Assembly (NCBI GenBank): GCA_950097015.1 | Contig: CATNEN010000041.1 | Span: 620,001 to 684,000, forward strand | Direction: 5' to 3' | Origin: Macrostomum hystrix | Lineage: Eukaryota; Animalia; Platyhelminthes | Length of the DNA: 64,000 nt | In this document: piece after piece, positions 24,501 to 34,098 of the stretch | How positions within the stretch are numbered: position 1 is the first letter of the stretch | Layout of the letters: each line of letters begins with the position of its first letter | Program-made: the position numbers and the translations under genes | Notes under the pieces: model-generated | Database searches by the model: none | Told to the model about the DNA's origin: nothing | The model's input: only the letters and a program-made list of their open reading frames with translations

Positions 24501-24757
24501 ATGCCACCGATGGCCCAGCGACCGACTCGGCTCCTGCCGAGGAAGCGGGTTCGGGCGGCGCGGTGTCCGGTGTCGGCTGCGGCGGTCGTCGGCGCAAACC
24601 GCCGCCCGCGTCGGCCGCCAAGCCGGCGGAGGCTCCGGCTGCATCGGCTACTGCCGAGGGTGGCGAAGCTCCAGCGAGCGCGGAGCAGAACGGCACGGCA
24701 GCGGACAGCGCGGCCCCGAAGTCCGCAGGCGGTAGCCGCTCGTGTCAGATCCTGTAG
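18520..24757 (+). CDS. RPGR: RPGR orthologue (RCC1-like beta-propeller, low-complexity tail, CaaX box), 10 exons, about 844 aa
   Basis: Exons 18520-18550, 19511-19942, 20159-20397, 21106-21295, 21756-22289, 22642-22685, 22727-22921, 23766-23885, 23942-24118, 24185-24757. N-terminus MTHDLNLDVP-D-SGAVFAFGKS matches RPGR MP-D-SGAVFTFGKS, with a phase-1 intron in the Asp codon where I recall one in human RPGR. RCC1 repeats (ACGEGH, FGQNDYGQLGLG, VAAGAYH, GESEGGKLGL, FGDALHGKLG). Ends SRSCQIL*. Confidence 0.9.
20043..20135. repeat. 18-bp intronic array (CCAGAGACTGCTCAAACA), about 5 copies
   Basis: RPGR intron 2. Confidence 0.9.
21365..21730. repeat. Degenerate C-rich intronic array (CACCTCACTCCCTTACCCTCAGCAC core)
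   Basis: RPGR intron 4; variable unit length. Confidence 0.85.
22310..22590. repeat. 16-bp intronic array (CCCACTGAGCCCA[A/C]CA), about 17 copies
   Basis: RPGR intron 5. Confidence 0.95.
22924..23741. repeat. 14-bp intronic array (GAGATCAGGGATCG), about 58 near-perfect copies
   Basis: Starts inside the donor GTGAGA of RPGR intron 7. Confidence 0.97.
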
Positions 24758-25067
24758 CGAATGCGTCGATTGCGCATGAAGGCTTGGCAAACAATTCGGC
24801 TTCGGTCGGCCGCCAGTTTGTTGACTTAGATCTAAGTAATTTGAAACAGTGGGTAGCCAATCATTAAGAGTCCTGTGCTTGGCTGGTAATCACGTATTGC
24901 CTATGGGGTTGTGGCCATGGGGTTTGAGAGTTGGAGACTCGGACGTTCTCTTTAAGGTCGGGGTTCGTTTCTTGACTCCGCTGTAAGAATTTGTGTTATC
25001 TCTGCATTGCTTCGGTTCACCCAGCTTTTAAATGGGGGATGAGCTGAACTGCTGAAATTATCATAGC

Positions 25068-25115
25068 GAGCATGAGCATGAGCATGAGCATGAGCATGAG
25101 CATGAGCATGAGCAT
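25068..25115. repeat. (CATGAG)n microsatellite, about 8 copies
   Basis: Read directly. Confidence 0.95.
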
Positions 25116-25802
25116 TCCCGCAAAATATAACCAATAGAGTTTTGCTTGACTTTGAATTCAAACACATTCCAAAGGCTGTAGTGACTTTTCGGCCTAATGA
25201 CCAGGTGCTGTCATCTATCGATGAGCCCTGCACTAAAGTAAATTACTGCCACGCACTTCGTATCCATGACAACAACGGCAGGGCTGGAATCCCCACCTAT
25301 GTCGTTCTCTTGTGTTCTCTCACCTAGTTTCACATGTCCGCTTGTCCTACTCATTACTAGCTTCTTCAGTAGTGCAGTGTGCGCATTCGCTCCATATTTT
25401 CGCTCACTCTGACGGTCTTGCCGGACTTTCCGTCATTGGAAACAAGATACTTGTGAGTTCTGCGAACTCAAGCGGTGCTGGCGGGCAAATGAATGTTGAA
25501 GCAAGATATTATTGTGATATTTCCGTGAAGAATTCCGACACTTCGAAATCCGTATTATTTACTTTACTGATAATTTAAACTATTTGGTTATTTGCTTTTT
25601 TCATGGCTACGCTTTTTTCTTGTGACAAAAGTGCAAAATAATTTAAAATAATTGTTTTCTGTCAGAAAAATACAACACGATACAATGGCATATAATTCTT
25701 CCCAAAGTGCTGTGCTGTAATTCATAATTCCCGAATTTCAATCGCACGAGCTATTTGGAATTATTTTACACAGACTACTCAGACTGCTGGCGCTATCGAT
25801 GC

Positions 25803-28800
25803 GGTTGGTCCATGATTAATTTAGCCACTACCATACTTCAGAGCCACCGGTTGGTCCATGATTAATTTAGCCACTACCATACTTCAGAGCCACCGGTTGG
25901 TCCATGATTCATTTAGCCACTACCATACTTCAGAGCCACCGGTTGCTCCATGATTCATTTAGCCACTACCATACTTCAGAGCCACCGGTTGGTCCATGAT
26001 TCATTTAGCCACTACCATACTTCAGAGCCACCGGTTGGTCCATGATTCATTTAGCCACTACCATACTTCAGAGCCACCGGTTGCTCCATGATTCATTTAG
26101 CCACTACCATACTTCAGAGCCACCGGTTGCTCCATGATTCATTTAGCCACTACCATACTTCAGAGCCACCGGTTGCTCCATGATTCATTTAGCCACTACC
26201 ATACTTCAGAGCCACCGGTTGCTCCATGATTCATTTAGCCACTACCATACTTCAGAGCCACCGGTTGGTCCATGATTCATTTAGCCACTACCATACTTCA
26301 GAGCCACCGGTTGCTCCATGATTCATTTAGCCACTACCATACTTCAGAGCCACCGGTTGGTCCATGATTCATTTAGCCACTACCATACTTCAGAGCCACC
26401 GGTTGGTCCATGATTCATTTAGCCACTACCATACTTCAGAGCCACCGGTTGCTCCATGATTCATTTAGCCACTACCATACTTCAGAGCCACCGGTTGCTC
26501 CATGATTCATTTAGCCACTACCATACTTCAGAGCCACCGGTTGCTCCATGATTCATTTAGCCACTACCATACTTCAGAGCCACCGGTTGGTCCATGATTC
26601 ATTTAGCCACTACCATACTTCAGAGCCACCGGTTGGTCCATGATTAATTTAGCCACTACCATACTTCAGAGCCACCGGTTGGTCCATGATTCATTTAGCC
26701 ACTACCATACTTCAGAGCCACCGGTTGGTCCATGATTCATTTAGCCACTACCATACTTCAGAGCCACCGGTTGCTCCATGATTCATTTAGCCACTACCAT
26801 ACTTCAGAGCCACCGGTTGGTCCATGATTCATTTAGCCACTACCATACTTCAGAGCCACCGGTTGCTCCATGATTCATTTAGCCACTACCATACTTCAGA
26901 GCCACCGGTTGCTCCATGATTCATTTAGCCACTACCATACTTCAGAGCCACCGGTTGGTCCATGATTCATTTAGCCACTACCATACTTCAGAGCCACCGG
27001 TTGGTCCATGATTCATTTAGCCACTACCATACTTCAGAGCCACCGGTTGGTCCATGATTCATTTAGCCACTACCATACTTCAGAGCCACCGGTTGGTCCA
27101 TGATTCATTTAGCCACTACCATACTTCAGAGCCACCGGTTGCTCCATGATTCATTTAGCCACTACCATACTTCAGAGCCACCGGTTGGTCCATGATTCAT
27201 TTAGCCACTACCATACTTCAGAGCCACCGGTTGGTCCATGATTCATTTAGCCACTACCATACTTCAGAGCCACCGGTTGCTCCATGATTCATTTAGCCAC
27301 TACCATACTTCAGAGCCACCGGTTGCTCCATGATTCATTTAGCCACTACCATACTTCAGAGCCACCGGTTGGTCCATGATTCATTTAGCCACTACCATAC
27401 TTCAGAGCCACCGGTTGGTCCATGATTAATTTAGCCACTACCATACTTCAGAGCCACCGGTTGGTCCATGATTCATTTAGCCACTACCATACTTCAGAGC
27501 CACCGGTTGGTCCATGATTCATTTAGCTACTACCATACTTCAGAGCCACCGGTTGGTCCATGATTCATTTAGCTACTACCATACTTCAGAGCCACCGGTT
27601 GGTCCATGATTCATTTAGCCACTACCATACTTCAGAGCCACCGGTTGGTCCATGATTCATTTAGCCACTACCATACTTCAGAGCCACCGGTTGGTCCATG
27701 ATTCATTTAGCCACTACCATACTTCAGAGCCACCGGTTGGTCCACGATTAATTTAGCCACTACCATACTTCAGAGCCACCGGTTGGTCCATGATTCATTT
27801 AGCCACTACCATACTTCAGAGCCACCGGTTGGTCCATGATTCATTTAGCCACTACCATACTTCAGAGCCACCGGTTGCTCCATGATTCATTTAGCCACTA
27901 CCATACTTCAGAGCCACCGGTTGGTCCATGATTCATTTAGCCACTACCATACTTCAGAGCCACCGGTTGCTCCATGATTCATTTAGCCACTACCATACTT
28001 CAGAGCCACCGGTTGCTCCATGATTAATTTAGCCACTACCATACTTCAGAGCCACCGGTTGGTCCATGATTCATTTAGCCACTACCATACTTCAGAGCCA
28101 CCGGTTGGTCCATGATTCATTTAGCCACTACCATACTTCAGAGCCACCGGTTGCTCCATGATTCATTTAGCCACTACCATACTTCAGAGCCACCGGTTGG
28201 TCCATGATTCATTTAGCCACTACCATACTTCAGAGCCACCGGTTGGTCCATGATTCATTTAGCCACTACCATACTTCAGAGCCACCGGTTGCTCCATGAT
28301 TCATTTAGCCACTACCATACTTCAGAGCCACCGGTTGGTCCATGATTAATTTAGCCACTACCATACTTCAGAGCCACCGGTTGGTCCATGATTCATTTAG
28401 CCACTACCATACTTCAGAGCCACCGGTTGGTCCATGATTCATTTAGCCACTACCATACTTCAGAGCCACCGGTTGGTCCATGATTCATTTAGCCACTACC
28501 ATACTTCAGAGCCACCGGTTGGTCCATGATTCATTTAGCCACTACCATACTTCAGAGCCACCGGTTGGTCCATGATTCATTTAGCCACTACCATACTTCA
28601 GAGCCACCGGTTGGTCCATGATTCATTTAGCCACTACCATACTTCAGAGCCACCGGTTGCTCCATGATTCATTTAGCCACTACCATACTTCAGAGCCACC
28701 GGTTGCTCCATGATTCATTTAGCCACTACCATACTTCAGAGCCACCGGTTGGTCCATGATTCATTTAGCCACTACCATACTTCAGAGCCACCGGTTGGTC

Positions 28801-31800
28801 CATGATTCATTTAGCCACTACCATACTTCAGAGCCACCGGTTGGTCCATGATTCATTTAGCCACTACCATACTTCAGAGCCACCGGTTGGTCCATGATTC
28901 ATTTAGCCACTACCATACTTCAGAGCCACCGGTTGCTCCATGATTCATTTAGCCACTACCATACTTCAGAGCCACCGGTTGCTCCATGATTCATTTAGCC
29001 ACTACCATACTTCAGAGCCACCGGTTGGTCCATGATTCATTTAGCCACTACCATACTTCAGAGCCACCGGTTGGTCCATGATTCATTTAGCCACTACCAT
29101 ACTTCAGAGCCACCGGTTGCTCCATGATTCATTTAGCCACTACCATACTTCAGAGCCACCGGTTGGTCCATGATTCATTTAGCCACTACCATACTTCAGA
29201 GCCACCGGTTGGTCCATGATTCATTTAGCCACTACCATACTTCAGAGCCACCGGTTGCTCCATGATTCATTTAGCTACTACCATACTTCAGAGCCACCGG
29301 TTGCTCCATGATTCATTTAGCCACTACCATACTTCAGAGCCACCGGTTGGTCCATGATTCATTTTGCCACTACCATACTTCAGAGCCACCGGTTGGTCCA
29401 TGATTCATTTAGCCACTACCATACTTCAGAGCCACCGGTTGCTCCATGATTCATTTAGCCACTACCATACTTCAGAGCCACCGGTTGGTCCATGATTCAT
29501 TTAGCCACTACCATACTTCAGAGCCACCGGTTGGTCCATGATTCATTTAGCCACTACCATACTTCAGAGCCACCGGTTGGTCCATGATTCATTTAGCCAC
29601 TACCATACTTCAGAGCCACCGGTTGGTCCATGAGTCATTTAGCCACTACCATACTTCAGAGCCACCGGTTGCTCCATGATTCATTTAGCCACTACCATAC
29701 TTCAGAGCCACCGGTTGGTCCATGATTCATTTAGCCACTACCATACTTCAGAGCCACCGGTTGGTCCATGATTCATTTAGCCACTACCATACTTCAGAGC
29801 CACCGGTTGGTCCATGATTCATTTAGCCACTACCATACTTCAGAGCCACCGGTTGGTCCATGATTCATTTAGCCACTACCATACTTCAGAGCCACCGGTT
29901 GGTCCATGATTCATTTAGCCACTACCATACTTCAGAGCCACCGGTTGGTCCATGATTCATTTAGCCACTACCATACTTCAGAGCCACCGGTTGGTCCATG
30001 ATTCATTTAGCCACTACCATACTTCAGAGCCACCGGTTGGTCCATGATTCATTTAGCCACTACCATACTTCAGAGCCACCGGTTGCTCCATGATTCATTT
30101 AGCCACTACCATACTTCAGAGCCACCGGTTGGTCCATGATTCATTTAGCCACTACCATACTTCAGAGCCACCGGTTGGTCCATGATTAATTTAGCCACTA
30201 CCATACTTCAGAGCCACCGGTTGGTCCATGATTAATTTAGCCACTACCATACTTCAGAGCCACCGGTTGGTCCATGATTCATTTAGCCACTACCATACTT
30301 CAGAGCCACCGGTTGGCTCCATGATTAATTTAGCCACTACCATACTTCAGAGCCACCGGTTGGTCCATGATTAATTTAGCCACTACCATACTTCAGAGCC
30401 ACCGGTTGCTCCATGATTCATTTAGCCACTACCATACTTCAGAGCCACCGGTTGCTCCATGATTCATTTAGCTACTACCATACTTCAGAGCCACCGGTTG
30501 GTCCATGATTCATTTAGCCACTACCATACTTCAGAGCCACCGGTTGCTCCATGATTCATTTAGCCACTACCATACTTCAGAGCCACCGGTTGGTCCATGA
30601 TTCATTTAGCCACTACCATACTTCAGAGCCACCGGTTGCTCCATGATTCATTTAGCCACTACCATACTTCAGAGCCACCGGTTGGTCCATGATTCATTTA
30701 GCCACTACCATAATTCAGAGCCACCGGTTGCTCCATGATTCATTTAGCCACTACCATACTTCAGAGCCACCGGTTGGTCCATGATTCATTTAGCCACTAC
30801 CATAATTCAGAGCCACCGGTTGCTCCATGATTAATTTAGCCACTACCATACTTCAGAGCCACCGGTTGGTCCATGATTCATTTAGCCACTACCATACTTC
30901 AGAGCCACCGGTTGCTCCATGATTCATTTAGCTACTACCATACTTCAGAGCCACCGGTTGCTCCATGATTCATTTAGCCACTACCATACTTCAGAGCCAC
31001 CGGTTGCTCCATGATTCATTTAGCCACTACCATACTTCAGAGCCACCGGTTGCTCCATGATTCATTTAGCCACTACCATACTTCAGAGCCACCGGTTGCT
31101 CCATGATTCATTTAGCTACTACCATACTTCAGAGCCACCGGTTGCTCCATGATTCATTTAGCCACTACCATACTTCAGAGCCACCGGTTGCTCCATGATT
31201 CATTTAGCCACTACCATACTTCAGAGCCACCGGTTGCTCCATGATTCATTTAGCCACTACCATACTTCAGAGCCACCGGTTGGTCCATGATTCATTTAGC
31301 CACTACCATACTTCAGAGCCACCGGTTGCTCCATGATTCATTTAGCCACTACCATACTTCAGAGCCACCGGTTGCTCCATGATTCATTTAGCCACTACCA
31401 TACTTCAGAGCCACCGGTTGCTCCATGATTAATTTAGCCACTACCATACTTCAGAGCCACCGGTTGCTCCATGATTCATTTAGCCACTACCATACTTCAG
31501 AGCCACCGGTTGCTCCATGATTCATTTAGCCACTACAATACTTCAGAGCCACCGGTTGCTCCATGATTCATTTAGCCACTACCATACTTCAGAGCCACCG
31601 GTTGCTCCATGATTCATTTAGCCACTACCATACTTCAGAGCCACCGGTTGCTCCATGATTCATTTAGCCACTACCATACTTCAGAGCCACCGGTTGGTCC
31701 ATGATTCATTTAGCCACTACCATACTTCAGAGCCACCGGTTGGTCCATGATTCATTTAGCCACTACCATACTTCAGAGCCACCGGTTGGTCCATGATTCA

Positions 31801-31929
31801 TTTAGCCACTACCATACTTCAGAGCCACCGGTTGGTCCATGATTCATTTAGCCACTACCATACTTCAGAGCCACCGGTTGGTCCATGATTCATTTAGCCA
31901 CTACCATACTTCAGAGCCACCGGTTGGTC
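25803..31929. repeat. 6.1-kb intergenic satellite, 46-bp unit (GGTTG[G/C]TCCATGATT[C/A]ATTTAGCCACTACCATACTTCAGAGCCACC), about 133 copies
   Basis: Read directly; the ORF track lists nothing across it. Confidence 0.98.
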
Positions 31930-32231
31930 TAGAGCTGCTAACGGCAAACTCCGGCCCGCGGGCCTGATGCGGCCCTCCAAGCTCCCATAACCGGCCCTTT
32001 GCCCCTTCCGACACCTAAAACATCCTGCTTCATCTATCCCGTGTCTCATCTATCCCGTGTCTCATCTATCCCGTGTCTCATCTATCATGTGTCTCATCTC
32101 TCCTGTGTTTGATTTCCCCCTGTCATATCTTCTCTGTCTCATATCTATCTCAGATTTCTACAGTGAATGCGGCCCGCTATCGTCTTTTAGGTTCTCTCTT
32201 TGGCCCGCTAGCTAATAAGATTGGTCTAGAG
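31927..32231. mobile_element. Decayed hAT/Charlie-like MITE (about 289 bp) with an 8-bp target-site duplication
   Basis: GTCTAGAG at 31927-31934 and 32224-32231 fits the NTCTAGAN target I recall for Charlie-type hATs. Left subterminal GGCAAACTCCGGCCCGCGGGCC...GCGGCCC and right GCGGCCCG...TGGCCCG resemble hAT MITE ends. The terminal inverted repeats themselves are eroded. Confidence 0.5.
32030..32150. repeat. 16-bp array (TCTCATCTATCCCGTG) inside the putative MITE
   Basis: About 4 good copies plus degenerate ones. Confidence 0.85.
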
Positions 32232-32759
32232 GTCCGAAGGCTCTAGGGTGTCAAAGCTGTGGCGGGTGCAGAGCGTGGCCGGACACTAGCTGCAAGCTGG
32301 CTTCCTCCTCCTGAGTTTCTCGATCTCCGCTCTCCATCGCGGGGGCAGTCGCTCTCACCCAAGCGAACCTTTTGTTCTGAAAAAGCAGCGTAGCAGAAAA
32401 TTTTCTATCCAGTTTTTTGCCTTGCTTCACCGAGATTATTGTCGACTGCGGGACTGGAAACTCTAACAAATGAGCTTTTGAGCACAGCTCTGAGTTCAGA
32501 GATGTCAGTACGTAGCACTCAGATTAAACAATAACTTTGCTGCCAGTCTGTTGTTAAGTGGAGCTCAAACTCAGAAAGTCTTTCTAATGGATAAGTTGTG
32601 GAAAAATAAAGATGGACTTCTACGCGAGAGAGTAGCCAGAAAATGCATTGGGGCTGTGAATGAAATTTAACATACTCGAAGTAGCAGCATTTCTAAACAT
32701 CTGCAATAAATGTTTAACTAAAGCTTTTTTAAACTGGAATACTGCTGACAATGAGAGTT

Positions 32760-33856
32760 TAGTGTGTGTTGTCGGAGGGAGGGTTCAGTGTGTGTCGGAG
32801 GGAGGGTTCAGTGTGTGTCGGAGGGAGGGTTCAGTGTGTGTCGGAGGGAGGGTTCAGTGTGTGTCGGAGGGAGGGTTCAGTGTGTGTCGGAGGGAGGGTT
32901 CAGTGTGTGTCGGAGGGAGGGTTCAGTGTGTGTCGGAGGGAGGGTTCAGTGTGTGTCGGAGGGAGGGTTCAGTGTGTGTCGGAGGGAGGGTTCAGTGTGT
33001 GTCGGAGGGAGGGTTCAGTGTGTGTCGGAGGGAGGGTTCAGTGTGTGTCGGAGGGAGGGTTCAGTGTGTGTCGGAGGGAGGGTTCAGTGTGTGTCGGAGG
33101 GAGGGTTCAGTGTGTGTCGGAGGGAGGGTTCAGTGTCTTTCGGAGGGAGGGTTCAGTGTGTGTCGGAGGGAGGGTTCAGTGTGTGTCGGAGGGAGGGTTC
33201 AGTGTGTGTCGGAGGGAGGGTTCAGTGTGTGTCGGAGGGAGGGTTCAGTGTCTTTCGGAGGGAGGGTTCAGTGTGTGTCGGAGGGAGGGTTAAGTGTGTG
33301 TCGGAGGGAGGGTTCAGTGTGTGTCGGAGGGAGGGTTCAGTGTGTGTCGGAGGGAGGGTTCAGTGTGTGTCGGAGGGAGGGTTAAGTGTGTGTCGGAGGG
33401 AGGGTTCAGTGTGTGTCGGAGGGTCAGTGTGTCGGAGGAGGGTTCAGTGTGTGTCGGAGGGAGGGTTCAGTGTGTGTCGGAGGGAGGGTTCAGTGTGTGT
33501 CGGAGGGAGGGTTCAGTGTCTTTCGGAGGGAGGGTTCAGTGTGTGTCGGAGGGAGGGTTCAGTGTGTGTCGGAGGGAGGGTTCAGTGTGTGTCGGAGGGA
33601 GGGTTCAGTGTGTGTCGGAGGGAGGGTTCAGTGTGTGTCGGAGGGAGGGTTCAGTGTGTGTCGGAGGGAGGGTTCAGTGTGTGTCGGAGGGAGGGTTCAG
33701 TGTGTGTCGGAGGGAGGGTTCAGTGTGTGTCGGAGGGAGGGTTCAGTGTGTGTCGGAGGGAGGGTTCAGTGTGTGTCGGAGGGAGGGTTCAGTGTGTGTC
33801 GGAGGGAGGGTTCAGTGTGTGTCGGAGGGAGGGTTCAGTGTGTGTCGGAGGGAGGG
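32760..33856. repeat. 23-bp G-rich minisatellite (GTCGGAGGGAGGGTTCAGTGTGT), about 47 copies
   Basis: Ends about 240 bp upstream of the ankyrin ATG. Confidence 0.97.
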
Positions 33857-34098
33857 TAGGGCGCCTGTTCTCAAATGACGCGGATGTTGGCTATAAGTGA
33901 TGAAGCAGCTGTGCTCAATGAAAATTAAGCAGGCCAAGTCGTGAGGGAGACACTGTCACGCAGACGAAAGCTGTTTTTCGGTTAAAGAAAATATTCTGTC
34001 CAGCCAATGCGATTCGAGCTAAGAGTTTGCTAACACTGAGAGAGCTGATAAATAGTCTCTGCCTGCCCTGAAGGCCCCGGCTGTACTGTGCCAGAACT

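Noticed and set aside
25803-31929. CRISPR array or other repeat-spacer system
   Set aside because: Units are head-to-tail with no unique spacers, there are no cas genes, and the context is eukaryotic. The same holds for all other arrays.
32660-33900. Cys-rich (VCRREGSVCVGGRVQC)n ORFs
   Set aside because: Open in several frames because the 23-bp unit has no stops; no coding signature.
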